From positions 1 through 64,000 of the forward strand of contig CAVVMW010000012.1 in assembly GCA_963749495.1 (NCBI GenBank): DNA of 64,000 bases, written 5' to 3'. Of this stretch, positions 42,642-53,208 are shown piece by piece. The first letter of the stretch is position 1; every line of letters begins with the position of its first letter. This DNA is from an uncultured bacterium. GTDB taxonomy: Bacteria; Verrucomicrobiota; Verrucomicrobiia; Limisphaerales; UBA8199. Position numbers and translations under genes: made by a program. The notes below the pieces were generated by a model, which did no database searches, was not told the origin of the DNA, and worked only from the letters and a program-made list of their open reading frames with translations.

Positions 42642-42703
42642 ATCCTGGCCAGCGTTCGAGTAGAAGAAGGTGGGGAATGCCCCGAACGAGCCTATAATGG
42701 GGT

Positions 42704-45247
42704 ATGCTGCAGTACGAACGGATGAATCGGCTGTCAGGGGTGTGCCTCGATGAACAGATCCCCATCGCCTGGGTCAACAACCACGTCATCGTCGCGCCGG
42801 ACCTGTCGCTAGCCGTCGGCTTGAGGGTGCAGTACCCCGACACCCTGTTTGTCTCAAGCGAGCAGGCGGACGAGTTGCACAACACGTTCAGCAGCATGCT
42901 CAACCAGATGGCGGTCATGGGGGACGGCGAAGCGCGCCTGCAGTTTCTGACGATCTGCCATAACCAGTACGATGAACTGCTGGACGACTACCTGCTGACG
43001 AGGCCGCAAGGCAACCCGCTGCTGGCGCAGTTCAAGCGCGACCTCGGCCAGCATTACCGGGAAAAAGCCGCCTCGAACCAACTCCGTCGCTACTCCTGTT
43101 ACCTCTTCATCGGCATCGAACCGATTGTCGAATATTCCGAAAGAATCAAGCGCCATCGGAAGTTGAGCCCCAGGGACCAATGGATCCGGCGCGCATCGAA
43201 CCTCCTGCGGGACACATTTGAGTTGTCGATGGACGAGGCGGCGAACATGACGCAGGAGGAGTGGAACACCGCCGTCAACGTCCTGTCAAAGCAGGTTCAG
43301 CAGGCCCAAGCCGTGCTGAAGGCGGCGGGCATCCAGGCGGGGCTCATGCCTTCGGACGAGCTGATTGAGACGCTCTATTGGTGGTACAACCCCAGGTCCT
43401 ACGCGCTGGGTACCCGGCCACCTCCTTTCGATCCGATCGAACCCAAGCCCGCAACTGCCTACTTCATCCACGGCCAATTGGAGGTGAACCCGAAACAGGG
43501 ATGGCTCCAGATGGACGGCCTCTACCGGCGAATCGTGTTTCTCCACGAGCCGCCCAGCCAGCTCCAGTTTGGCATGCTGCTGCCCCAAATGCTGGCGCCG
43601 GGCTTTGTTGCCGGCGCGTTCTGCGTTGAAGCGCGCAGCAGCGACCCCGCCAAGCGGCTGCGCAAGCTCAAGAACCGCCGCCTGCAGGTGCTGGGGCGCG
43701 TGGGCAAGCAACCGGAACTGCGCCGCACACTGGAGGAAATCGAAGCGGAGATTGACGAACTGGCCACTGGCCGGGACCGCCCGTGGGTCGCCTCGCACTC
43801 CATCCACCTTTGGGCAACCGACCTGGACATCCTCAATGACCTGGTGCTGGAGCAGCGCCAGTTTGGGCAGCAGAACGAAGGAATGATCTGGATCCACGAG
43901 ACCACGCCCATTTTCCCTTACTTCATCAAAACCACACCCGGCTACGTGAGCGACAAGGACCGCTACCGGGACCATGCCTACTCCTCCAGCCAACTGGCCA
44001 CGCTGCTGCCGGCGCTGTATCTGCCCGACGGGTCGGAAGCCAAGCCGGCCTGCCTGTTTACCACCCGCTACGGCACCCTTTACAACTTTGAACCCCATGA
44101 CCAGGTCAGCCTGAACAACTACAACATGATGATCGCGGGCTCGTCTGGCTCGGGCAAATCCGTCGCGACGAACCTGATCCTCCTGCAGAAGATGGCCAAT
44201 GGCGCGCGCTGCGTCGGCATCGACATCGGCGGTTCCTATTATAAGCTCTGCCACGTTCTGGGGGGCAACTATCTCACGATGGATCTGGACAGTGACCGCA
44301 ACCGGATGAATTTCCTCTACGCGCCGCCGGGCACCATCCCGGGCGAAGAAGAGATCATCCAGAACGCGCTCCTGGTCGAGCGCATGGTCATTGAAAACGA
44401 CCGCGACCAGCTCGCCAAGGAAGACCGGATGCTGCTAACCGAGTGCATCCGCCAGGCGTACCAGGCCAAGGCCGGGCGCGGCGAGGAAGTGATCCTCAGC
44501 GATGTGCAGAAGATCCTGGCCAACCAGACCTCCCCCAACGCCAAGTCGCTCGGCAACCGGCTGCGCATCTGGTGCAAAGGGGGCAGTTACGGCAATCTCT
44601 TTGACGGCAACAGCATGGTCACCGCCCGGAATCCCTTCACGGTGTTTGATTTCACGCGCCGCAAGGACGATCGCGACGTTGGGCCGATCATGATGATGGT
44701 CGCAATCCGCTTCGCCCAGACAATGACCCGCGAGTTTGCAGCGCAGGACAAGATGTTCTTCATCGATGAAGGCTGGAACCTGATGTCCTCACCGATCTGC
44801 GCCCAATTCCTGGAGGAAGCGGCGCGCACCTACCGCAAATACGGCATTGCCCTCATGTTCATCTCCCAGGGCATCACCGAATGGGGGTCTCTAAAGAACA
44901 GCGAGGCCATTCGCGACTCCATCAGCACGTTCTTTCTGTTCAAACTCTCCGCCAATGTCGCCGAGCAAACCGTGCGCTACATCCAGGGGCACGAGGGCGA
45001 TCTGCTGGCCCTGCGCAGCCTCGTCACCGAACCCGGCCAATACTCCCAATGCTACATGATCCAGAAGCGCGCCCAAGGCACACGCCGCCTGATCCTGGAA
45101 CTGACCATGCCGCCGCTGCTTTACGCGACCACCACCACCCGGCCCGCAGACAAGCTGGAGTTTGAGAAACTGCTGGGGTCGGGCATGACGCTCACCGACG
45201 CCCTCACCGAGTTCGCCAAGCGCTATCCCAAAGGCGTCAAAGCGTAG
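42704..45247 (+). CDS. virB4: VirB4/TraC conjugative ATPase
   Basis: NYNMMIAGSSGSGKS, IDIGGSYYKLC, FIDEGW, RTYRKYG...ISQ. Confidence 0.92.
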   Translation: MLQYERMNRLSGVCLDEQIPIAWVNNHVIVAPDLSLAVGLRVQYPDTLFVSSEQADELHNTFSSMLNQMAVMGDGEARLQFLTICHNQYDELLDDYLLTRPQGNPLLAQFKRDLGQHYREKAASNQLRRYSCYLFIGIEPIVEYSERIKRHRKLSPRDQWIRRASNLLRDTFELSMDEAANMTQEEWNTAVNVLSKQVQQAQAVLKAAGIQAGLMPSDELIETLYWWYNPRSYALGTRPPPFDPIEPKPATAYFIHGQLEVNPKQGWLQMDGLYRRIVFLHEPPSQLQFGMLLPQMLAPGFVAGAFCVEARSSDPAKRLRKLKNRRLQVLGRVGKQPELRRTLEEIEAEIDELATGRDRPWVASHSIHLWATDLDILNDLVLEQRQFGQQNEGMIWIHETTPIFPYFIKTTPGYVSDKDRYRDHAYSSSQLATLLPALYLPDGSEAKPACLFTTRYGTLYNFEPHDQVSLNNYNMMIAGSSGSGKSVATNLILLQKMANGARCVGIDIGGSYYKLCHVLGGNYLTMDLDSDRNRMNFLYAPPGTIPGEEEIIQNALLVERMVIENDRDQLAKEDRMLLTECIRQAYQAKAGRGEEVILSDVQKILANQTSPNAKSLGNRLRIWCKGGSYGNLFDGNSMVTARNPFTVFDFTRRKDDRDVGPIMMMVAIRFAQTMTREFAAQDKMFFIDEGWNLMSSPICAQFLEEAARTYRKYGIALMFISQGITEWGSLKNSEAIRDSISTFFLFKLSANVAEQTVRYIQGHEGDLLALRSLVTEPGQYSQCYMIQKRAQGTRRLILELTMPPLLYATTTTRPADKLEFEKLLGSGMTLTDALTEFAKRYPKGVKA

Positions 45248-45256
45248 AGGCCCGGA

Positions 45257-45691
45257 GTGAAAACCATACCCTACAACCGCAAGATCAACGCCCCGCTACG
45301 CTTTCTCTACTACCTGGAGGTTTTCGATCTCTTCGTCATTACCGTCCTGGGTTTTCTTGTGCCGCTGGGCGTGTCCACGTTTCTGCCGGTGGACATTCCC
45401 ACCTGGCATATGCTGTTGTGGTTGGTGGGACTGACCTTCACACTCATCATCAAGATCGGCCGGGCGCCCGGCTTTATCCAGCACCGGCTGGCGCAGCTTG
45501 TGCGGCCCAAGTCCTACCACCCCGGGAAACGCCGGTTGCCGCATTTTCTGCTCAACCCGGAAGTTTACCGGGGCGAGGTCGAGGCAGCTCAGCATCCCGA
45601 ACAGCCATTCACTCCAGCAGAACTTGGGCAGATTCAGAGCAACTTGCGCCGCCTCCGCCAGGCCCGCCGCGAGGCCGACCTTCTGGCCTGA
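45257..45691 (+). CDS. TraL/VirB3-like membrane protein
   Basis: I...INAPLRFL....D, two TMs, KIGRAPGFIQH; adjacent to VirB4. Confidence 0.6.
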   Translation: MKTIPYNRKINAPLRFLYYLEVFDLFVITVLGFLVPLGVSTFLPVDIPTWHMLLWLVGLTFTLIIKIGRAPGFIQHRLAQLVRPKSYHPGKRRLPHFLLNPEVYRGEVEAAQHPEQPFTPAELGQIQSNLRRLRQARREADLLA

Positions 45692-45721
45692 GGAGGGCAA
45701 ATCTCACCCAAACACTTTTCC

Positions 45722-48700
45722 GTGAGCGATTACCCGTCAAACGGAAAGGGCGGCGTTTCCTCCACGCTGGAGCGGGTCGAAACTGATGACCAGCTCAGAC
45801 TGTTTGTGGCCGAGCCAGCGCCGTTTCCCGAAAGACAATACCGGCGCCTGCTCGACGGCGCAGCGCCGTTCCAGGACGTCAAGGGCTCTCTGGGCGGCAA
45901 AAAGAAGGGACCGGAAAAGGAGGTACCGGTTTCCTTTTCACTGCCCGGAGGATTGGAATGGCGTTCTCATTGTTGCCTACCATCCCTCTTTTCCCGAAAT
46001 GCGGAGGATGGAGAAACGCCCCGGTGAGTTTCGTGGGCGTGATGACCGGCGAAGCCTACACCCTGCTTACCGCCCACGTCCTGCAGAAAATCGGATTGAG
46101 CTGGGGCCGCTGCCTCCACGCGAACCTGGTGCCCTGGTACGTGCCCCCGAAGACGCGCGTCACGGCCGGGGAGGAACGATATGGTTTCCAATTCATCGAA
46201 CGGCTCATCCGCGACAAAAAGCCCCAACTCATCATCAGCTTCGGGGCCAATGTTGTGCCGCACCTGGCCAAGCACCTCGAAAATGCCACCGTCACGGAAT
46301 TGCAGGGACAGCTTATACCGCTCGAACACTATCAGACGCACCTGGTCTGCGCGACCCAACCGGGAAACCTGCTTGGCAAAGCGGAGTGGATCAAGAGCTG
46401 GGAACGAACCATGCGCGGCGCCTTGATGAACTGGTTCAATCAGAACAGGGACAGCCCACCTGACCCCCCTTGTTTCTGCATCGACGACCCGGCGGATCTG
46501 CGGCGGCACTTGCAGGAAATTCAAGCTGACCGCGAGGAGGTGTTTTGCCTCGACACCGAGTTTGTCGGCCACGACGTGGCTGATTACAAAATCCTCGACA
46601 TCATCCTGGCCACCCGCAGCCGCACGCTCAACATCCGTGTCCACGAGGGGCGCCACGCACCGGTGTTGCGCAACCCCTACGACCTGCCGGAGGACAAGGG
46701 CGCGGTCTACATTTTTCCCACTGAAGCAGCCTTCAAACAGTGGACGCCGCCCTCGCACAACTTCCGTGCCTACATTGACGAGGTCCGCTGGGTTTTCAAA
46801 GGAAGCCAGAACGAGCTGGCCGGCATACTGAACAGCCATTTGCGCCGTCCTGGAATCAAGCTGGTCGGGCACGCGCTCAAAGTGGACGCGATCCAAATGC
46901 TCCTGTTTGGCGTTGACCTGCGCGACCAGTTGCACGTGTGCACCTACGACCTGGCCAAAGTGCTCGACGAGGGACAGCCTCAAGGGCTGGATGATCTCAT
47001 CAAGGTTTACCTCGGAAAAGAGGACCACAAGGCGGAGTTGGCCCGCTACCGGGAGACCAGGGGCATCACTGAGGGCAGTTACGGCCTGGTGCCGCCCGAG
47101 ATTCGCCTGCCCTACGGCTGCAAAGACGGCCGCCGCACCTTCGAGCTTGTGCCGGCGATGCTGGCGGACCTGAAACAGCAGGACGAGGACCTCAAGCGCA
47201 GGGAACCGGACGCCTGGGCCAAAGGGTGGACGCTCGAGAACGCTTACTTCAACGTGAAGCGCAAGCAGATGGGAGCCCTGATCGAGATGGAACTGGTCGG
47301 GCACCCCTTCAGCCTCAAACGCCTCGCAGAGAACATCGAATGGTACGACACCCGTCTGGAAAGGCTGCTCGCCGAAACGGTCGGCTATATCAAGACCCGC
47401 GTGACGACCCCGGAAGTGAACCCCGGCTCGGCCGCGCAACTGCGCCAGATTCTGTTTAACCAACCGCCGGGGGGCATCGGGCTGTACCCGATGTTCACCA
47501 CGGAACGACCCGTGCGCGAATGGCCGCGAGCCATCAGGGAGGCCCTCTTCAAGGCCAGCCAGGAGGCGCGGCTCAAGCCCGGCGCGAAGTTGGACGACGC
47601 CGACAGGAAAAAGGGGCAGGCGTTGCTGGATTTCATCCACCGGCGGCACGGCAGCGCCACGTTCGATCTCAACGATCCCAGGGTCCGAAACTCGCTCAAG
47701 AGCGCGGACTGCCCGATGCCGTTGCAGATTCCCGAACGAGACTATCCGGTTGTGACCGCATCCACCAATCAGGAGACGCTGGAGATGCTGGCGCCAACCG
47801 ACCCGCTTTGCGAAAAATTGAATGATTGCCGCTCGATTGCCACCCTGGCCAACAATTATTGCCGCAAAGACGGGCCCTGGGGCGCCAGCCGGGTGAAGGA
47901 ATACCTGGAGTCATTGGAGCAAGAGGAAGACTCCAATCGCAACCAGCTTGAACTGTTCGGCGCCGGCGAGGTTGACACGAAGAAGTCACCGGGCCCGAAT
48001 CTCATAGGAAAACGCCAGAAGGCCTTGTCCATGGCCGTGAACCGGGAGCAGTCCATCCTCTACACGACCTACTGGGGGTCCTTGGAAACGCACCGGCTGC
48101 GCACCTCGCCCAACGTGAGCGCGGTGCCCAAGGGAGAGGAAGATTACGTCTCCAAGATAGTCGGCGAAAGGCCGCCGCACACTATCCGCGGAATGGAGAT
48201 GGCGCCGCGAGGCTGGTTCATGGTGGAATTGGACTACTCGGCCGCGGAGGTGCAGCGGCTGGCTCAGGTTTCTGGGGATCCGGAAATGACCCGGATTATG
48301 GAGGACCCCGAAGGAGACCCGCACGCTTCCTTGGCCCGCGCCAAGGATCCGGAACGCCTGGGCAGTCTGAGCGACGCCGAAATCAAGAAGCACCACAAGG
48401 CGGAACGGGATGAGGCCAAGCCCTTCACCTTTGGCATCCCTTACCAGCGCGGAAACGAGGCCATGGCGCGCAGCCTCAACCGCGAGGCGGTCCGGGCCAA
48501 GAAACCGGCCAAGCACACCGCCGAGAGCGTCGCGCATATCAAGAACGCCTACCGGAACCTTTACCGCGTGGCCTGGGAATACCTGGAACACCAGATGAAT
48601 CGCGTCATCCCGCAGGAGACCGGACTTGGCGGGAAAACCTACTTTACGCACAAAGGCGTTTTCGGCTACCAGGTCAGTCCCGCGGGCTTTCGCCGCCGAT

Positions 48701-49152
48701 TCCTGGATCCCGCCCTGGTCCGGGTCATCCTGAACCAGGAAAACCGCTGGGATAGCGACCTGTTGCGCGCTCTGAAGGATATGCGCCGCGAGGCCTCCAA
48801 CTGGCAGATTCAACACGGCGTGGCCGTCTACATCATGGAGGCCTGCGCCAACTGGGTGGAGTTTCGCCGTCGCAACCCCGATGTCCCCATTGTGCTCATC
48901 GACATATTGCACGACGCCCAGCGCTACCTGGTTCATTGGTCGGTGTTGAGTCTCGCAAAAGAATTGCTCCCGCGCATCATGCTGGACATCCCTTCAAACC
49001 AGCGGCCCCATCTGCGGGTCGAAACGCGAATCACTTACGAGTGGAACGGGCCAGAGGTGAAGGAATTCGTCCCGCACCCCAACCAGCCGGTCATCGAGAT
49101 TCCGGGCCTCAAATACTTGGGGCTGGAAGGGTGGAACCGCGTCAAGCCTTGA
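45722..49152 (+). CDS. polA: Family A DNA polymerase with N-terminal UDG-like domain and 3'-5' exonuclease (possible frameshift ~45955)
   Basis: UDG-like NLV..PP..R/KPQLIISFGA; Exo LDTE, HALKVD, YGCKD; Pol motifs A DYSAAE, B RDEAKPFTFGIPY, C ILHD. ORF 45722..46027 may be its N-terminus. Confidence 0.85.
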
Positions 49153-49229
49153 GGAAAGGGTCGCGGGCTCAAACCCCGGGAAGTGTCGCAGACCTTTGCG
49201 CCTCTGTTCCTCCCCAGGAGACCTGATCA

Positions 49230-49697
49230 TCAAGGAGAGAGGCCAGGCGGCGCTGCTCCGCGTGGCGCCTGCAGCCGCGGTTGAGGAGCGCCGGATACCG
49301 CTGCCTGCCAAATGGGGAAACGCCTTCCCTGGCGGAGAAGGTTGACGCGCCCAGGTCCGACCTCGATCCAAACCAAGTTGTCTCGCGCCTCGATAAGCGC
49401 GGGCAGGTTCAGGCGGCGAACCAAATCGGAGGGAACGGGAACTTGCGTCAGGCGCCACCGCCCTCCCACCTGACGGAGGCCCAAGACCTCCCCTTCACTC
49501 GTGCGGCCCCAGAGCGCGTAGAGGCCCGGATTTGCCTGAAGTTCCTGACGGATTCCCTGCTCGCGGGCTGAACGGCTGGCCAGTCGATCGAAAAACGCAT
49601 GCATCAGCGCCAAACGCGGGGTTAGAAGCCCATCGCTGACGAGGCCGCAGACGAGCAGGCCCGTCACATGACCCGGAAACTCACCAACCTCGAACAT
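49230..49697 (-). CDS. Hypothetical protein
   Basis: 155-aa ORF downstream of a minus-strand TATAAT (49733-49738). Confidence 0.5.
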   Translation of the reverse strand: MFEVGEFPGHVTGLLVCGLVSDGLLTPRLALMHAFFDRLASRSAREQGIRQELQANPGLYALWGRTSEGEVLGLRQVGGRWRLTQVPVPSDLVRRLNLPALIEARDNLVWIEVGPGRVNLLRQGRRFPIWQAAVSGAPQPRLQAPRGAAPPGLSP

Positions 49698-49710
49698 AAA
49701 TCCTTCACAA

Positions 49711-49741
49711 TACCCATCATGGGGTACCCCTCATTATAATG
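49711..49741. promoter_or_regulatory. Overlapping divergent -10 boxes (CATTATAATG) next to palindrome GGGGTACCCC
   Basis: Two perfect 10-bp palindromes between divergent genes. Confidence 0.45.
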
Positions 49742-49800
49742 TGATAGGGCCTGGCGGGCTTTGGTTAACCAGTTGCCGCTACAGGCAACCAAAAAGAAAT

Positions 49801-50373
49801 ATGGACCAAATAGAACGGTTGCTGGCGCTCTACAAATCAGCCCAGACGGATTCCGAGCGACGCATCCTGCTGGAGGCAGTCCAGATCAGCAATCCCGACG
49901 ATTTCCCGCGTCTGGAGGACATCATCCTGCGCGACCAGGTGCGGGGGATGACATACGACCGGCTCGTGGAGATGATCGCGGGCCACCGCAATGTCAGCCT
50001 CCAACAAGCTGACGAGCTGTTGCGAGATACCGTGCTCGAGCACCTGCTCGACCGACGCAAGCTCAAGGCGGCGGGCTCGCCGCGGCAACCGGCCGCCCTG
50101 GAGTCCGAAACGGTTTCTGGAACAAAAACCCCGCGCGCCGCGCCTGCGGCGGCTGTGCCTGGACCCAGCAAAACCGCTGCTGCTGCGCCTCAGAACGAAC
50201 CCCCACAGCGGGGAACAGTCGAGGTGGTCATCCTCGAGGATCCGAGCCAACGGGAAGCGACTCCGGCAGTGATTGGGAACGTGAAACCGGAAGAAGGCCA
50301 AAACCGGCACCCGTCGCCGACATCAGCGCCAACGCCATTCGGCCGGCTTCAGCCGCGGGGAATCAGCGGATAA
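49801..50373 (+). CDS. Hypothetical protein with helical N-domain and Pro/Ala-rich tail
   Basis: MDQIERLL... ORF with an A-rich leader. Confidence 0.6.
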   Translation: MDQIERLLALYKSAQTDSERRILLEAVQISNPDDFPRLEDIILRDQVRGMTYDRLVEMIAGHRNVSLQQADELLRDTVLEHLLDRRKLKAAGSPRQPAALESETVSGTKTPRAAPAAAVPGPSKTAAAAPQNEPPQRGTVEVVILEDPSQREATPAVIGNVKPEEGQNRHPSPTSAPTPFGRLQPRGISG

Positions 50374-50441
50374 ACAGCCAAACAGACTTCGTCAAGACGG
50401 CCGTCTTTCGCGCGGGCGCTTTGGAAGGGCTGCCGCCCAGG

Positions 50442-52469
50442 ATGAAGGTCAAAACCCCTACCTATCAGAAAACGGCCGCGGAACTGGAACGGTTCTTCGG
50501 GCCCGCGGGCGGAATGGTCACACAGTTCGGTGGCCGGGCCCGGTGGAGCCAGGCAGAAATGGCCCTGACAGTCAATCAGGCCATCCACCAGTCGCAATCG
50601 ATGCTGATCGAGGCCCCGACGGGAACCGGCAAGACGCTGGCCTACCTCATCCCTATTGCGCTCTATCTGCGCAGCAGGCCCAAGCAGCGGTTCGTCATTG
50701 CCGTCGCCACAAAACATCTCCAGGCCCAAATCGAGCGGGACCTGGAAAAGTATTCCCAGGGGTTTCCCGAACTCAAGGAGAGCGCCGTCCTCAAAGGGGC
50801 CAACAATTATCTCTGTCTGAACCGGCTAAAACGGACCGCCGACCGGTCCCCACACCACAACCACGTCGAGGCCGAACTGCGCCAATTGCTCAGCGACTTC
50901 GACCAATTGGAGAAACTGGCGCACGGCTGGAGGGAGGAGTTGCCAGCGAAAGTTTCTAACGGCGCCTGGATCCAGGTAAATGGCGAGGGCAACTGCTGCA
51001 AATCGCTTTGCGGCTGCTACCGGCGCCAGGCGCGCAAACTGGCCGAAAAGGCCAGGATCGTCGTCGTGAACACCGACCTGCTGGGATACAACCTGAAGTA
51101 CACCGGCAAACCGGTTCCGACGGCAACCGACGGTGAAACGCTCAAACCGATCCTGGTCCTCGACGAGGCCCACACGCTGTTGAGCCGATTGACCGAGGTG
51201 GAAAGCGCCGATGTCTCGATCCGAACGCTGGAGAGCGCCGTTCACATGCTTGGCCGCGACGTTTTCGACCGACCGCATTTGCGCACGCGGCTGGAGCTCG
51301 TCTCCCAAAGACTCCAGCGCGTCCGCCGCGGGTTGGAACCGGGACAGGAGGGCCAGGAAGTTGTCCGACCCGATGCCCCCGCCGGCCTAGTGTGTAAGGA
51401 TTTGGTGTCTTCCATCCGCGAGATCAAGGGCATGGCGGCTCTGCTACGGAACGAAGCCCCGAATGACGACGTGGCCGGCGACTACCGCGAAGTGGAAAGC
51501 CGCCTGGCTTTTTCGGAGAAAACCCTCAATGCGTACCTGGAAAACTCGCTCCCCAACTACGTGATGCTCCTCAACCGAAAGTTGTCGCCCGGCGGACAAA
51601 CCGCACTCAACCTGGAGCTCAAGCCGTTTGATCTGGAGGACAGCCTCAACAGACTTTGGGCGAGCTTCCAGCAATGCACACTGATTTCCGCAACGCTGGC
51701 GGGCACATCCATCCCGGAAACCAAGAAGACCTTCAATGCGTCCAGTTGGAACACGGCAAACTTCCCTTCACCGTTCGATTATAGGAAACAAATGCGCGTG
51801 TTTCTGCCGCCGCGTGGAAAGACCATCACCGAGTCCCCGGCCATCGCCGAAGAGATCAAGCGCATCGCCAAAATGACCGATGGCCGGGTCATGGCCCTGT
51901 TTACCAACTACCGGCAACTCCAGGAAACGCAGTCGTTGTTGCAGGACTGGTGCGCGCGCGAAGGTTATCGGCTCCACGCGCAGGAACGGAACACGAGTCC
52001 GGAGGTGCTGGTGGAAAAGTACAACCGGGAACCCAGGGCGATCATTTTGGGCAACCACGCGATGGGCACCGGGGTGGACATCCGCATCCGCGCGCTGATC
52101 ATCACCAAAATACCGTTTGATCAGCAGACTCCCTACCGGGAGGCTCGACAGAAATATCTCGCCGGGAAGAAGCTCAATCCGTTCCGGGACGATACACTTC
52201 CGGAGACCGTGCGCCGATGGAAACAGTGGTGGGGCAGGTTGATCCGCGAAGAAAACCAAAAGGGCATTCTGGTCGTGCTCGACCCCAAACTGCTCACGGC
52301 CAGCTACAGCAGCTACTTTCTCCAAAGCCTGCCCCCCGGCATCAAGGCGACCCATCTGGACGATCCGGCCCATCCGTTTCCGTCCCGCGAACAGTACCTG
52401 CGGTGGGCCGGCAGCGCGGTGAGCGACCCTCCGCCAAAGGTGCTTGAGGTGGAAATGGCGATTGGATAA
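50442..52469 (+). CDS. dinG: DinG/YoaA-family Fe-S SF2 helicase
   Basis: Q motif, EAPTGTGKT, LKGANNYLC, Cys cluster, LDEAH, SATL, SPFDY, LFTNY, GVD, Q..GRLIR. Confidence 0.92.
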   Translation: MKVKTPTYQKTAAELERFFGPAGGMVTQFGGRARWSQAEMALTVNQAIHQSQSMLIEAPTGTGKTLAYLIPIALYLRSRPKQRFVIAVATKHLQAQIERDLEKYSQGFPELKESAVLKGANNYLCLNRLKRTADRSPHHNHVEAELRQLLSDFDQLEKLAHGWREELPAKVSNGAWIQVNGEGNCCKSLCGCYRRQARKLAEKARIVVVNTDLLGYNLKYTGKPVPTATDGETLKPILVLDEAHTLLSRLTEVESADVSIRTLESAVHMLGRDVFDRPHLRTRLELVSQRLQRVRRGLEPGQEGQEVVRPDAPAGLVCKDLVSSIREIKGMAALLRNEAPNDDVAGDYREVESRLAFSEKTLNAYLENSLPNYVMLLNRKLSPGGQTALNLELKPFDLEDSLNRLWASFQQCTLISATLAGTSIPETKKTFNASSWNTANFPSPFDYRKQMRVFLPPRGKTITESPAIAEEIKRIAKMTDGRVMALFTNYRQLQETQSLLQDWCAREGYRLHAQERNTSPEVLVEKYNREPRAIILGNHAMGTGVDIRIRALIITKIPFDQQTPYREARQKYLAGKKLNPFRDDTLPETVRRWKQWWGRLIREENQKGILVVLDPKLLTASYSSYFLQSLPPGIKATHLDDPAHPFPSREQYLRWAGSAVSDPPPKVLEVEMAIG

Positions 52470-52525
52470 TCTTCATCGATAGATGAGTTTTGGTTTGCAG
52501 GGAAGAATCCCCGCCAATTCGCAAA

Positions 52526-53083
52526 ATGAACGCCTTATTCCAACCCGGCGCATGTTGGCTGGTTATCGCCGATAACCGGTGCACCGTGCTTCGTATCCAC
52601 CCGAACGGCAACAAATGCCAGTTTCCGGGAGAAAGCGGAGAGCACTCCTTAGATCGCGTACAGGAGTGGCTCAGCCCGGTATGGACCACGACAATGCTCA
52701 AGTGCGTCCAGTGCCTGAAACGCGTGGCGCAACAACTCAAACCCGGCGTGCGCCTCGACATCTGCGAGGAGTGCCGCAGCGCCGCCGGTGCGCCACAGCC
52801 GATGTCTTACTGGCTCGGCTACCTCGACGGCCAGCCTGAAGTTCTTCAAGTCGTGGAAAACGGAGTCCGCGTGCCGGGCAAGCGGGAGACCTTTCCCTTG
52901 GGAGAGGTTCGGGAGTGGCTGATGCCCATCTGGGGGCCCGACATGGCCTATTGCCCAGGTTGCTGCCAGGCCAAGCCGAAGCGGGACATCCTGTTCTTTT
53001 TCCAGCGATCGCCCAAGGGCCTTTGCAAGGACTGCAGCGAAAACTCCGACCTCGAAGCGGCAAGCGCGAACGTCGGCGCCTGA
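52526..53083 (+). CDS. Internally duplicated CxxC..CxxC zinc-binding protein
   Basis: Two copies of WL...V...PG....L..V.EWL.P.W...M..CxxC...CxxC. Confidence 0.65.
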   Translation: MNALFQPGACWLVIADNRCTVLRIHPNGNKCQFPGESGEHSLDRVQEWLSPVWTTTMLKCVQCLKRVAQQLKPGVRLDICEECRSAAGAPQPMSYWLGYLDGQPEVLQVVENGVRVPGKRETFPLGEVREWLMPIWGPDMAYCPGCCQAKPKRDILFFFQRSPKGLCKDCSENSDLEAASANVGA

Positions 53084-53208
53084 GGGCGTTCCTGCAGTGC
53101 AGCGGACGTTGTCCTGTCATATCCGCCGGCTTTCTCCGTTTTCTCAGAAGGTTCGCGGCGCCCAGCCCTACAATGGGGTATGCGAATTCTCGGCCAAACC
53201 CAATCTGC

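Noticed and set aside
1868..47649. Long antisense or alternate-frame ORFs (e.g. 1868..3151, 18608..19657, 45967..47649)
   Set aside because: Shadow ORFs of high-GC genes; no motifs and fully overlapping better-supported CDSs.
49153..49230. Possible hairpin or ncRNA after polA (AAAGGGTC...GACCTTT)
   Set aside because: Short imperfect stem, no U-tract, no recognisable RNA family.
50442..52469. DinG as a type IV CRISPR (Csf4/CasDinG) component
   Set aside because: No repeat-spacer array and no Cas5/6/7-like genes recognised in the window.
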